IMG/VR virus record: IMGVR_UViG_3300014205_000003
Span: 64,001 to 128,000 of that record
Length of the DNA: 64,000 nt
Origin: a virus
Taxonomy: Duplodnaviria; Caudoviricetes
Direction: 5' to 3' (one strand)
Within the stretch, counting starts at the first letter, position 1. Every line of letters begins with the position of its first letter. Both the position numbers and the translations under genes were made by a program. Under the pieces are notes generated by a model. That model saw only the letters and a program-made list of their open reading frames with translations, was not told the DNA's origin and did not search any database. Positions 29,173-40,627 of this stretch are shown one piece after another.

Positions 29173-31449
29173 ATGAAGCTTTTCAAAAAGGATCGTTTTA
29201 GATGGGTTTCCGATTACGGGTATGGAGACAAGTCTTGGTTGATTAGAGATTTGACTGCAGAAGAAGCTCTTCGCGTATTCAACAAAGAAACGGGGAACGA
29301 GTATTCAGAGCTGCATGAAGGCATGTTTGAAACAGATAGAACCTACTACTTGGAGTTTGACGACCCTGAGGATGTAGAAGATTGGGATGTTCAAGACAGT
29401 TGAACAAAGGAGATTCTATGAAAGCTTTTTGTCAATGGTTAAAACGCCTATGGCAGACTTATCACTTCTGTGGGATGCATGCAGATCCATTAGGACAGTA
29501 CGATTTAGGTAAACATACAGGAAGACGTTTCTGGCGTCTGTACAGATGTAGAGTTTGTCAAAAAGAATGGTACGGAGCTTAGTATGCCTACGCCTTTAAG
29601 TATTGTGTCGTGGCAGTGGACAGGTAAGTGGCTTCTTACAGACAGAGGATTTCGACGAGAGTACGAGATAACCTATTCAGACGGTTCAGTAGAAAGGAAA
29701 GCTCTATGATGAGTAAAGGCTTGCTAAAAGCTCTACGCAAACTTCGCAGATTGGAGTGGGAGAAAAGGGTGTGTGTGAGTATGCTATTGGCGCAGGTCTG
29801 AAAGATCGTATGGAGCGTGTAGCCTTTCGTATGTCTCGTGAGCTGTCTAAGCAGATCGAGCGTCAACAGTTAGAATGCTTGCATCAAGAAGCAATTGTGA
29901 ATGGATGGACAATCTCACCTAGTGATCTCAGCGAAGATATAATCGTTCAAGGTCCGGGACATTGCCGTATCTTTCGTACTTTTCGCAATGCTGTGTTGTA
30001 CACAGAGCGTATGATTAAAGAAGCTAACAAGAGGACTTCACCATGAAGATCAAAATTACTGCGAAGTGTCCTGACTGTGTTGGAGATGCCGTTGATCGTG
30101 CTGTAGAAGATTGGGAAGCGTCCAAGGAATATGATAAAGAGGATCTGTCGAGCTCTGAAATGATGAGTGATGATCGCAGAGACTTTCGAGACAAGATTGA
30201 AGCGGCTGTCTACAAGTGGGTTGAGTATGGTGAGTACATCACAATTGAAGTTGATACAGAAACTGGAGAAGCAAGGGTGTGTCCTAAATGAGTATTCCTG
30301 TAAGCGTTTGTTTACTTGTCAAAGCAGTTAAAGATCCAGACGCGTTTAATGAGTATGTCAGGATAATGAAGTATAACTTGGAGAATTACGGACATTGGAC
30401 CACACTGCCTTGCAGCTGTTCTCCTCCGTGTACGGACGGTGTGTCTCCAAAAGAATGGGAACATCTATGTAGACGATACGCAGAGGCGATGGAAGGTGTT
30501 AAGACCTATGATGGTGATAAGGGGAAGAGGGGTTTTTCTGGTAGCGACAAGTTGATCTGGGACCAAATAAACAAGGAGTACGTCTAATGACTGACTTAGA
30601 GCGAATATCTGAAGATTTAGGGAAGATCCTAAAAACACTTCTTGGGCAAGCGCACAGTCCTTTACAGACGGGCAGAGAGAATAGTGATTCCCTTACAATT
30701 ACCAAAGATGGGATCTTGGATGTTGCTATCAAACTGCAGAGGCTTCAAGACTACGTAGACGGTTTGGTTAAGTACACGATTTGGCTAAAAGACATGAAGG
30801 GTGAAGCTCCTGCAGAACAAACAGTGGATACAGGGAAAGGAAAGGTCTAGTGGATTATCGCAAAGTTACTGTTGAGGTAAAGATCAAGTTGTTGATTCAT
30901 GCAGACGATGACTTTCCGATTGAAAACGTCATGGACGACATGGAATACGATTTTCGGTCCTGTTCTGACAAAGCTGACATCATGGAAACTGAAATCCTCG
31001 ACTACACTGTTACTGACTCTCGCTAATACAACTCAACAATCTATTCATTTACTCAAGTGGTTTTGCTAATGTAAAATGATGTGCTCTACCCAATTAGTGG
31101 GCAACTGCTACACAGGCAGTTGAATGGTTCTGTTATGTCTACGTCAAGTGTCTTGTTGAGTGGCAGCTGTAAGGTTATGCGTCTTGTACTTGGAGGTACT
31201 GCAGTAATCTTAGCTGCTCTGTCATTAGGCTTCATAAGTCCTGGAGTGCTTGTTCTCCTATGTTTCCTATTTTTCTTCTTCAGTGGGTTGATAGGAAAGG
31301 TGTGTGGGAACGACTTTGAGAGTCTGATGATGTGTTTTGGTAAAGTGTGTGTCTGCAGCGTAGCCGCTGTGTTGATGCACATGGCAGGGATTCCGTTCTT
31401 CCTGCTCTTCGTGTTCACAATATTCTTCTTGTGGGCAATTCATCAATAA
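29173..31449 (+). CDS. Cluster of small early hypothetical genes (29173-29403, 29418-29582, 29810-30046, 30043-30291, 30288-30587, 30587-30850, 30850-31026, membrane protein to 31449)
   Basis: Tightly packed ORFs with RBS or overlapping start/stop. Confidence 0.6.
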
Positions 31450-31465
31450 ACAAAGGAAACAAACT

Positions 31466-33404
31466 ATGTGTACTGCCAAAACGACTAATTGCAGTGGTTC
31501 GTTGAGTTTTGAGGACCTCCCTGTGGAAGAGGGATGGGAATTGGATTGTCTGCGAGTTCCTAAGGTGGGTGAGTATGTATATTCCAGAGCGAGTGGTTAT
31601 AGGAAGATAACAGAAGCGACAGATTCTTTTCACATTGTCATAAAGCGAAAGGTTTGGGAGCCTGCGTACGGCCAGCAGTACTACTTAGTGAACACGTCTT
31701 CTGGTACAGCTATATCCGACCGATTCGACAACGCTACTTGCGACAATGACAGGATTGCTATTGGAAACTGCTTCAGGACAGAAGAACAAGCTAAGGAAGC
31801 AGCTAAGCGCTTCAAACAGATGTTGGCTGACTATCAGAAGGAGCTTACGCATGACTAAGGACTTTACCATCAAATGCTCACTGTTTATTCCTGAGGGCTA
31901 CGAAGCTGTTGAGATCAGGAGAGCAACGGACAAAGATCTCTGGATTCCTGTTTCTACAAGCAAAGAGTTAGTTCGACACGATGCGGACACAGTTTCACCT
32001 GCCCTCATTCTCAAGAAGACTGCGTGGAAGCCTAAAGTTGGCGATACGTGTTATCGCGTTTCTGTCAGCGGTGAGGTGCAGAAGCACTACGATTTTAACA
32101 GTGATGGTCATGTTGATGAATATGTCTGGGCAACCAATCAACTGTTCTCTACAGAGGAGTTTGCAATGGAAGCTGGACGCAGAATTCAGAAACTTCTTCG
32201 TGACTACAAACGTGAAATAGGAGAAATCTAAACAATGTGCACATCTACGAAAACCGAATTGACCTTGAAGTGTACTCTCGAGATTCCCAATGGCTATGAA
32301 GCTGTTGAGCTTCGACGAGCGTCTACCAGTGATGTATGGCTTTCTCAGGATGAAAGGCACTGTCTCGTTCGCACTAATCTTGCTTCTAACATTCCTGTAG
32401 TGATTCTGAAGAAGCTTGCGTGGAAACCTGCGTTGAGAGAGACTTACTACTTTGTCACTCGTCAAGGTTTGGTAGATTCGACAACCTACGAGAATCAGAT
32501 CTATGACCGCGAGTGTATTGAGCTAGGTAACGCCTTTAAAACGAAGATACAGGCTACCGAAGCGAGTAACCGCGTGAATGCTGTTCTTCAACAATATCAG
32601 AAGGAGCTTGCCAATGTCTAAGACTCTTGCTTTCAAAGGTAAAATTGACGTAGAGCTTACAATTCCAGATGGCTGGATGATTCTTGCTATTCGTACTCCT
32701 AAGCAGGGTGAGTACTATTTGAACTTTAACGACTCTATTGATGATCTCTGTGTCTGCATGAACGAAGACTTATTGGGTTCGCAGAAACGGATTATCCTTG
32801 AGAAGGTTCGCTGGGTTCCTGCTGAAAAGAATCAAGATTACTACTTCGTAAACGGTGACGGAGAGGTGAAGTGCACTAATTATACAGGTGCACCATATGA
32901 TGCTAGGGCGATCACTTTTGGTAACTGCTTCAAAACTAAAGAGCAAGCAGAAGCAGCGGCTAGAGTTATCAAGAAAGCTCTTGAGAAATTTCACATGGAG
33001 AACATTTGATGTGTAACAATAAGACATCCAAAGTGAGTGGAACTGTTCCTTTTGAAGATCTTCAGCTGGAGGACGGCTGGGAGTTTGTATGTGTCCGCAG
33101 TCCTAAGGTCGGAGAAACTGTTTATGTCCACCCCGGTCGTCACAAAGAGATTAACAATCCTTCAAAAGACTTGTACCTCATTATCAAGAAGTCTGCGTGG
33201 AAGCCTGCAAAAGGCGATACGTGTTATCGAGTATTTGCAAGTGGTGAAGTGAACAGTTATGACAACTTTGGACAAAATCAGTCGATTGACGCGTGTGTGT
33301 GGGCAACAAATCAGCTTTTCAATACAAGAGAAGCTGCCACTGAAGCTGGACGCAGGATTCAGGCACTTCTTCGTGCATATAAGAAAGAGATCGGAGAGAT
33401 TTAA
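31466..33404 (+). CDS. Tandem array of five paralogous two-module proteins (31466-31858, 31851-32231, 32235-32621, 32614-33009, 33009-33404)
   Basis: Shared W.P...(Y/C)Y.V...G...N.F.T.E.A..A motif. Confidence 0.85.
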
Positions 33405-34018
33405 TGGACAAGTCTAAATTCATCTTCCACGACAGTTATATGAATGTTGATGGAGGTCGCGAAGAGTACACAGATCAGAAAGGCCGTGAGATCTCTATCG
33501 ACATTACTCAAGATCCCTATGCCAACTCTCCACTGGTTGAAGACGACTGCTTAGGCAAGATCTTCAGCTTTGGACGGAAGCATGGAAACTTCCTTCCGAT
33601 GGAAGCGACCAACATTGAGGATGCTTGCGTAGAGCTTGACAAGCGCTTCGGAAAGAATCGCTGGAACTTTCTTTCCTACTATCAACACGACGGCTGTATG
33701 TGGTTTCCTACAGGTTCTCCAGCACCAGCTGGTGTAGAGTTCCAGTGGGATGGAAGGCGTATTGCAGGAGTCTGGGTAGCTGACTATCAGCACTGGGAAA
33801 AAATTCGTCGATGGAAGCCTCTTAAGCGATCTGACGAGATCAGCAAGACGGCTGCTCTCGCCTGCAAGCTCTATACAGCTTGGTGCAACGGCGAAGTGTA
33901 TAACATTGAGATGGAGATTGGCAATCAGAGCACGAACATGCAAGCATATGGTGTAGAAGAGGCAGTTCAGCAGATCAATGACTTTTTAGAGGAAGAAGGA
34001 GTTACTGTTCTGCTGTAA
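33404..34018 (+). CDS. Hypothetical phage protein
   Basis: 204 aa coupled ORF. Confidence 0.65.
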   Translation: MDKSKFIFHDSYMNVDGGREEYTDQKGREISIDITQDPYANSPLVEDDCLGKIFSFGRKHGNFLPMEATNIEDACVELDKRFGKNRWNFLSYYQHDGCMWFPTGSPAPAGVEFQWDGRRIAGVWVADYQHWEKIRRWKPLKRSDEISKTAALACKLYTAWCNGEVYNIEMEIGNQSTNMQAYGVEEAVQQINDFLEEEGVTVLL

Positions 34019-34025
34019 AACAAAA

Positions 34026-34062
34026 TTCCTGAGACTGTTCTGATTGTAGAGCAGTCTCGGGA
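34026..34062 (+). terminator. Strong intergenic hairpin (terminator or processing site)
   Basis: CCTGAGACTGTTCT / AGAGCAGTCTCGGG; weak U tract. Confidence 0.5.
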
Positions 34063-34082
34063 CAACTCTTTAGGAGCTTTTA

Positions 34083-35089
34083 GTGGTTATCTACGACGAA
34101 AGTATCTTTACCTATTGGAAGAGATTTCCAGTAGAGAATTACAAGGATCAATTTTTGAGAGATTTGCCTAGCTTACACAAACTTCCTACAGATATTTTTC
34201 TTGAGGCTCCTCAGAACCCTAATTTTTCGTGCGGATTTGTAGATCTTGTTCCTGCTTTGCTTCCTTTTCTTGTAGGCGCTTCAACATCTGGCAGAGTGTT
34301 TGTATGGGGACACTTTCCATACACTGCAAGTGTCGACACTACGTGGAATGCAACACCTGTCTGCGGAAGCTTTGTTCGTGGCGAAAAACTGGCTGCTTGG
34401 GGTAGATGTTTTTATCGTCATGGATTTGAGAAGCTGCTTAATTATTGTATTGGTAATGATCGTAGCGATGTCTTCTGCATACCTTTGCCGATAGCGAGAA
34501 AAACTCTGCGTTTATGCAAAGAGTTGTTCTCTCCACAATTGCTGGATGTTGTTGGAGCACTAAAAACAATCAACAATCTTTAGGAGTTTTAGTGGTTATC
34601 TACGACGAGAGTATCTTTATCTATTGGAACAGATTTACAGAAGGTTACGAAGAGATGTTCTTGAAAGAGCTTCCAGAACTTAACGAGCTTTCTGCAGATC
34701 TGTTCATAGAAGCTCCTCGCGTTGACAAGTTTCCTATTCCTTTCTGTGAGAATGAGTCGTTGACTCCTTTTCTTGTAGGTGTGTCCTCATCGAATCGTCT
34801 GTTCATTTGGGGACACAACGAAAAGATAACATCACCGTATAGTCATTTTTGGCATGTTGAGAGTGTCAGTACGTCCGCACCGGAACATTCAAGATTGGAT
34901 AAATGGTCTGTCCGCGAGAACTTGAGTGGCTTTACGCAACTCTTCGACTTTGGTCTAGGGGGTTGTCGTCCTGACTGCTTTGACTTGACACGAGAAAACA
35001 CGCTCGCATCTCTCAAGGCCTGCAAATCTCTATTCTCTCCACATCTTCTAGACACAATCAAAACCTTAAACGTTATCAGAGAGCTCTAA
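34083..35089 (+). CDS. Pair of paralogous hypothetical proteins (34083-34583, 34593-35089)
   Basis: Near-identical RBS and 5' ends (VVIYDESIF.YW.RF); C-termini LFSP.LLD...L..I..L. Confidence 0.8.
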
Positions 35090-35099
35090 GGAACTCTAA

Positions 35100-36218
35100 A
35101 TGATCGCATCTATTGCAGACTCACACATCGGTAAGTGTATTCGTAAAGGCATCGCAGAACTCGAGAAAGATGGAGCAGAAGCTCTTGGTCGAATGCTGGA
35201 TGCTATTCTAGTTAAAGCTCACGGCGAGCCTGTTCATCTCTTGGTTGCAGGAGACTCTGCAGATACTGTCTCTATCGACGGAGCAGGCATCCAAGGTCTA
35301 GTCAATCAGCTCAATGCTTTCGTAGACAAAGGAAACACTGTCTACTACATCCAAGGCAATCACGACAAGCAACGCTCCTCCATGCACTCTAAGCCAATCC
35401 TGGATAGTGTGCACAACAGTGTATATCTTCACAACAATCGAGTAGTCGTAGAAGGTAAAGTTATCAGAGGCCTTGACTATACGCCTCCTGAGAGTCTGAA
35501 GGAAGCTCTCAAGACCAAAGATGTCTCTTGCGATATTCTTGTCCTCCATGCAGCCTTCGAAGAAATCCTTCCATTTGCCAACGCGTTTGACTTGTCCTTT
35601 GAGGATGTTCCCAGTACTGTAGGAACGGTCATTGCAGGCGACATTCACACAGCTCGTAAATTGCAGTTGGTCGCTGGAGAGAATCGCTTCTTTGTGTCTC
35701 CTGGTGGCGTGCACAGCTGTGCAGTTGACCAGAAAGGTCCCTTTGGCTTCTGGACACTTGTGAAGGATGATTGGATCTTCACAGCTTGTCCTACAAGGGA
35801 GATTGTGGAAAGTGATTTGACTGAGATGGAAACTGTTGAGAGTCTTGGTGCGTTTATTCAACAACTTACCGACACTGCAAGAGCTCTTCCCAATCAAGCA
35901 AACTTGAAGCCTATTCTCAATCTCAAGTGGGACAGGAGTCGCTCTGATCTGTTCGACAAGTGTGTTGAAGTCTTGCAGAGTACTTATGTGATACTTGAGG
36001 AAGCGTATACCAGTAATGGAAAGGCTTTGGATGTCAAGGAGCTTCAGAGAGCTATGACAGACTTCAAAGCTACTACGATGGATGTGGCACTTCCGTTTGT
36101 GTGTGATGCGGCTCAGACGCCTCAAGTGTACAAGTTGCTTGAGCAGTGTTTAACAACTAAAGAGGCTCTTCCAGTTGTGGAGGGATTCATCAACATGGCA
36201 AAGGCAGGAACAATATGA
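35100..36218 (+). CDS. sbcD: SbcD/Mre11-like metallophosphoesterase nuclease
   Basis: ADSH, AGD, GNHD, LH, GDIH motifs. Confidence 0.85.
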   Translation: MIASIADSHIGKCIRKGIAELEKDGAEALGRMLDAILVKAHGEPVHLLVAGDSADTVSIDGAGIQGLVNQLNAFVDKGNTVYYIQGNHDKQRSSMHSKPILDSVHNSVYLHNNRVVVEGKVIRGLDYTPPESLKEALKTKDVSCDILVLHAAFEEILPFANAFDLSFEDVPSTVGTVIAGDIHTARKLQLVAGENRFFVSPGGVHSCAVDQKGPFGFWTLVKDDWIFTACPTREIVESDLTEMETVESLGAFIQQLTDTARALPNQANLKPILNLKWDRSRSDLFDKCVEVLQSTYVILEEAYTSNGKALDVKELQRAMTDFKATTMDVALPFVCDAAQTPQVYKLLEQCLTTKEALPVVEGFINMAKAGTI

Positions 36219-37157
36219 AAAACATGTTCAACGTCGAATGCGTGATTATGCAAAAGGATGGAGTAATTACTGAGCCTGCGGGTCTGGCTTGGGAAGAAAT
36301 CTACGAAGGTTTTGTTGCAGGTCCTTTTGAGTCTGACTGGCCGTACTATTTGTTTATCACTGTAACAGATATGCAGGATGCTTGTGGTGAGCCCGGATAC
36401 ATGGTTGAGATTCAAGCAGCTTCTCCTAAGGCTGCTGGAATGAAAAACCTGAAAAGTGCTGTAGAGAGTTGTGGAGAAGAGAACACAAACATCAAGAAGC
36501 TTACTCAGGTACAGCGTGCAGAACTGTTGAAGCAATATGGGATATCTGCGCATCTGTGGATCAAGTGGGACAAGTCTGCAAAAGACCCTGACAAGCTTGT
36601 GGAAGAAGCTAAGAAGGAAGCTACAGCAATTCCTATGATGTTCGGGTTCTACATGGATCGAGTTCAGAATCGAATTGGAAACACTGGTTGGGACTTCATC
36701 AAAGGGGATATTGGGTTCAAATGAAGTATAAAGTCGAAGTGATAGCAGATTCTTCTGGCAAGTGGGCAGGCAACGGTCTTACTTTTGACACTAAAGCAGA
36801 AGCTGAAGAGTACGCTAAGGATTTGATGTTCCGCTGGATACTTGTACGTGAATGGCGAGTCGTTGAAGTTCCCCCTAAAAAGGAAACTGTATGATTAGTG
36901 AAAAAACTCCTGTTGTATACAGGCTTGGCTACGAGCGCTGCGAGAATCATAAGGACGCGATGTGCTACTACAACACGAACAAGCACTCTCAGTGTCCGTT
37001 CTGTGCGGCTCAGACTATTATCAATCCTGACTTGGACAAGACAGGTGCTAAGAGTTTTGTGAAGAAGGCTATACGCTCTAAACGAAAGCACGATGATGGT
37101 CCGTATTTTGATGGTCTTTCAAAAGATATTGACTTTGACTCTGAGGAACTTGTCTGA
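36215..37157 (+). CDS. Three small hypothetical genes (36215-36724, 36721-36894, 36891-37157)
   Basis: Coupled ORFs. Confidence 0.6.
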
Positions 37158-37312
37158 TGAACACACTTATCAAAGACCCTGTAGACATTAAGTGCTTGGA
37201 CATCTCAACAGCTCACATTACAGCTACAGACTCAAAGCTTCTGGAACAAGCCTGTGAAGAGGACAACCCAAGTCTGTCCGTATACGATTATAGTTACCAA
37301 CTAAGGAGCTAG
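37157..37312 (+). pseudogene. Probably truncated gene (LDISTAHIT motif, DUF5983-like) ending at the TnpB element right end
   Basis: MNTLIKDPVDIKCLDISTAHITATDSKLL...VYDYSY then runs into the tnpB 3' end. Confidence 0.45.
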
Positions 37313-38368
37313 TTGATTTGTCACGGAAGGGGGACTATAAGCTCCCCTCATCAGAATGTTTTTGGCTGCATTGAAGTCGGCATCCATCGTCACTCCACAA
37401 GCAGTACAACAGAATGACTCTCCCTTTCGGGACAGTTTGTCTACCGCTCCGCACAAGCTACATGTCTGTGAAGAGTAAGCAGAGAAGACTTTCGTGTATC
37501 TAATGCCTTTTTCTTCACTGACTAGCTGAAGCCGACTCAAAACTTTTGAGTAGCTCCAGCGTTGCAACTTGTTCATGAATTGCTTGCTAATCTTGCCTTT
37601 AGAACCCTTCTTAACGTCTTTCAAATCTTCTACTACAAGCTCTTGAATATTGCGCAAGTCGAGAAGGTTTACCGATTGGTTGATCTTCTGATCCCGCTCT
37701 GTGAGAGCTTTCTTGAAGGCTTTAGACCCTTGTTTCTTCCTAGCTATTTTCTTGTAGACCTGTTCCATACCTACGTCGTAAATTTGCTTATCAGAAGAAG
37801 CAAGAAGTTTCTTATATCCGCAGTCAAGCCCTATAGAAGCTCCAGTAGCAGGGCTAGGAGATTCTTTCTCGAAAAAGATGTCAAGATACCACTTGCCATT
37901 TACTTTACGCAAGCAAGAAGACTTCTTAAGAGTCCAACCGTTCTGACTGAATTTAAGAAACTGCTTGTGACGTTTTGAAGGAATCTTAAGTACAATGTGG
38001 TTGCCAAGAGAGACCAATTTTATCCAAAAGTCAAAGGTGTTGTGTTCTGTATAGAATGTGCAGATTTTTTGATTTAGGCCAAACGTCTTTTGCGTGATCT
38101 TCGGCTTTGATGCTTTCTTCGTCTTGTTCTTTCTGGCTCTTGTTTTTTGAAGAATGCCAAAAGCTTGAACGAATAAACATCGACGTAAATCACAGCCTAG
38201 CCGAGTTTGAATCTTAGGAAGCTTGTCAAACTGTCTTGCGGAAGGATCGTTCCAAAAGTGATCTACGTAGAGCTGGAGAACCTTCAAAGCTTCGTTACCT
38301 ACAGTGTCGAGCTTCTGGAGCTTTCCAGTATTTGCAAAATTCAAGGACATTTGAACGGAACGAATCAC
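37301..38368 (-). CDS. tnpB: TnpB RNA-guided endonuclease
   Basis: RuvC-I IGLDCG, RuvC-II VVEDL, Zn finger SQTCSLCG..CTACG, RuvC-III DADFNAAKNI; catalytic D/E/D intact. Confidence 0.9.
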   Translation of the reverse strand: MIRSVQMSLNFANTGKLQKLDTVGNEALKVLQLYVDHFWNDPSARQFDKLPKIQTRLGCDLRRCLFVQAFGILQKTRARKNKTKKASKPKITQKTFGLNQKICTFYTEHNTFDFWIKLVSLGNHIVLKIPSKRHKQFLKFSQNGWTLKKSSCLRKVNGKWYLDIFFEKESPSPATGASIGLDCGYKKLLASSDKQIYDVGMEQVYKKIARKKQGSKAFKKALTERDQKINQSVNLLDLRNIQELVVEDLKDVKKGSKGKISKQFMNKLQRWSYSKVLSRLQLVSEEKGIRYTKVFSAYSSQTCSLCGAVDKLSRKGESFCCTACGVTMDADFNAAKNILMRGAYSPPSVTNQLAP

Positions 38369-38532
38369 TTAGGAGCTTCTCCTGTAACGCGCTTAATAGA
38401 CTCGACAGAAATCTTACGTTGGTTTGACGGAGTCAAGTAACCCTTAAGCTTCCCTTCGTCGAACCAGCGACGAATTGAGTCTGGATGAACTCCCATCATC
38501 TTCGCAGCTTTACTAACAGATGTGTATTCCAT
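38365..38532 (-). CDS. MerR/excisionase-like HTH protein (55 aa) resembling the IS607 TnpA N-terminus; not in the ORF track
   Basis: MEYTSVSKAAKMMGVHPDSIRRWFDEGKLKGYLTPSNQRKI; stop overlaps the tnpB start. Confidence 0.8.
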   Translation of the reverse strand: MEYTSVSKAAKMMGVHPDSIRRWFDEGKLKGYLTPSNQRKISVESIKRVTGEAPK

Positions 38533-38582
38533 TGTAACCTAGCCTTTCTATTGAATACTAATATAGCATAAGGAGCAATCAA

Positions 38583-40625
38583 GTGATTCCACTCTATTTC
38601 CGCTTAAGGAACTTCTGTCAGCAGAAGGATACCAAAGTCGACTATCGCTTCGGCATTACAGGTCTCATTGGCAACAATGGACATGGTAAATCAAACCTCA
38701 TCGATGCAGGTCAGTTCTTTGCCTGGACAGGCCAAGTCGTCAAAGACAAGAAAGAAGACTATCTGACTTGGGGACAATCCTCAGGCTCTGCTCAAGTCCA
38801 ATTCCAAGACAACAATCGAACCTACACGCTTACTCGTAATCTTCACAACGCTGGATGTACTCTCAAGTGGACATCTGCTAGTGGAGACACAGGTGAAGAG
38901 AAAGGCATCAAAGTTGTCGACAAGATCCTCGAAGAAGACATCCTTGGAATGCCCTTCGAAGTCTTTCGAGAAGCTAAGTTCTGCGCTCAGACTTCCCTGA
39001 TCGAAATTCTCAACATGACTGCTTCCAAGCGTATGGAGTACTTCCAAAAACTTGCAGGTGTTCAACGTGCTGAACAAATAAGAGGACTTCTGCAGACTAA
39101 GTCCAATGAACTTCCCAACGTTATGGATGTGTCTGCAGACATCAAGTCCATTGAGGACTCTGTAGTAGTGGCAGAAGAGACTGTCAACAACGCTGGTGTA
39201 GCTCTGAAGGCTTGGATGGCTACTTTGCCTTCTGAGGGTGCTGTAGAAGCTTTGGGACGCATCAATCAGACTCTCAAGACTACTCGAACTGTTGATGAAG
39301 TGTCAGCAGATATTGTTAAGTGCATACGTATTGTTCAAGAAAACACTCAGCGCATTAAAGACCTCAATGTAGACACTGCTCTGGTTCCAGTCGATCCTCC
39401 GACGCCGGAAGAGACTCTGGCAGCACAGCATACAGGATTCATCACCGCTAATAACAAGAAGATCGAAGATTTGACTCTTCAAGCTTCTAAGATTGCTGTC
39501 TATCAGATTCTTTCCAAGCCGGATACCAAACAAGTAGAAGACTTCCGAGAACTGTTAGGTAAGCAGCGTCCACTGTATGAAAGTGCTAAGACAGGTAAAT
39601 GTGAAACCTGTAAGCGTCCCTTTGAGTTTCAGGAAGATCCCAAAGAGATTATCAAGCGCTTCGAGGAAGCTGAGAAGGTCTTTGCGCTGGCTTCTGCAGA
39701 ACTCAAGCGTCAGCAGAGTGATTATGAGAAGAACACTCAAGACATTGTAAGAGCTTCTACTTCCAAGTCTGGCCTGACTAGGCAGGTTGCGGAATTGGAA
39801 GCAGATAACACTCGGAGACAAGCTTCCATACCCTCAGGCTTTGCTTTAGCTATCTATGAGCAGAAAGTTGCTAAGTATCAGACTTGGCAGAGTCAACAGG
39901 CTCACTTGAACAGCGTTCAGAAGCAAGTCAAGGAATATGAGAAGGCTATCCTAAGTGCACAGATGTGCGCGGAACAGCTGAAGAAGGAGCCTGAGCTTAC
40001 CAAGGAAGACGTTGAGAAGTTGACTCAGGAGAAGATTCGGATCGAAGATGCCTTGAGTCAGATCTCAAGCATTCAAACAGCTCAAGTGTCTGCTCAAGCT
40101 CTCATTCTGAGCAGTAAGTCGCAGTTGGATAGGTTGAAGAAGCAGCAAGAGCAGTTTGTGTTGTATGGAAAGATTAGAGGATGGCTTGAATCGGCTAGGA
40201 CATATCTGCACAGGGATGTTCTGCCTAAATTCGTGATGAGTCGACTTTTGACAGGTATGAACTCATGCTTGTCGTACTACTTGGCTCGCTTCAACGCTCC
40301 GTACAATGCTCGAGTGGATGAGAACTTTCAGTTCAAGGTTCAGTTCAAGACTGGCCCTGAGGTGTCTGCTTCTCGACTGTCTGGTGGCGAGTCTGTAGCG
40401 CTTGTGGTGGCGTTTCGCTTCGCATTGGCTGAACTGCTAGGGAAATCCTTTCCACTATTGGTAATGGATGAGCCTACAGCTTGGCTAGATCAGGAGAAGA
40501 AGCAGGTGATGGTTGATGTATTGAAAACGGCTAAGGGATTTGCTGAGAAGGGTTCGTATGTGTTCGTAGTTACACATGATCACATTCTGCTTCCGGCAAT
40601 GACACGCACGATAGAGGTTGAATAG
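38583..40625 (+). CDS. sbcC: SbcC/Rad50-like SMC ATPase
   Basis: GNNGHGKS, coiled coil with CETC hook, LSGGE, LVMDEPT, VTHD. Confidence 0.92.
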   Translation: MIPLYFRLRNFCQQKDTKVDYRFGITGLIGNNGHGKSNLIDAGQFFAWTGQVVKDKKEDYLTWGQSSGSAQVQFQDNNRTYTLTRNLHNAGCTLKWTSASGDTGEEKGIKVVDKILEEDILGMPFEVFREAKFCAQTSLIEILNMTASKRMEYFQKLAGVQRAEQIRGLLQTKSNELPNVMDVSADIKSIEDSVVVAEETVNNAGVALKAWMATLPSEGAVEALGRINQTLKTTRTVDEVSADIVKCIRIVQENTQRIKDLNVDTALVPVDPPTPEETLAAQHTGFITANNKKIEDLTLQASKIAVYQILSKPDTKQVEDFRELLGKQRPLYESAKTGKCETCKRPFEFQEDPKEIIKRFEEAEKVFALASAELKRQQSDYEKNTQDIVRASTSKSGLTRQVAELEADNTRRQASIPSGFALAIYEQKVAKYQTWQSQQAHLNSVQKQVKEYEKAILSAQMCAEQLKKEPELTKEDVEKLTQEKIRIEDALSQISSIQTAQVSAQALILSSKSQLDRLKKQQEQFVLYGKIRGWLESARTYLHRDVLPKFVMSRLLTGMNSCLSYYLARFNAPYNARVDENFQFKVQFKTGPEVSASRLSGGESVALVVAFRFALAELLGKSFPLLVMDEPTAWLDQEKKQVMVDVLKTAKGFAEKGSYVFVVTHDHILLPAMTRTIEVE

Positions 40626-40627
40626 GT

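Larger units (their letters stand above)
37288..38570 (-). mobile_element. Non-autonomous IS607-like HTH+tnpB element
   Basis: Inverted two-gene cassette in a + strand operon; no recombinase catalytic domain; ends approximate. Confidence 0.65.

Noticed and set aside
37301-38368. Cas12f/Cas14 CRISPR effector
   Set aside because: No array or adaptation genes in the window; size, upstream IS607-like HTH and 3' RNA structure fit TnpB.
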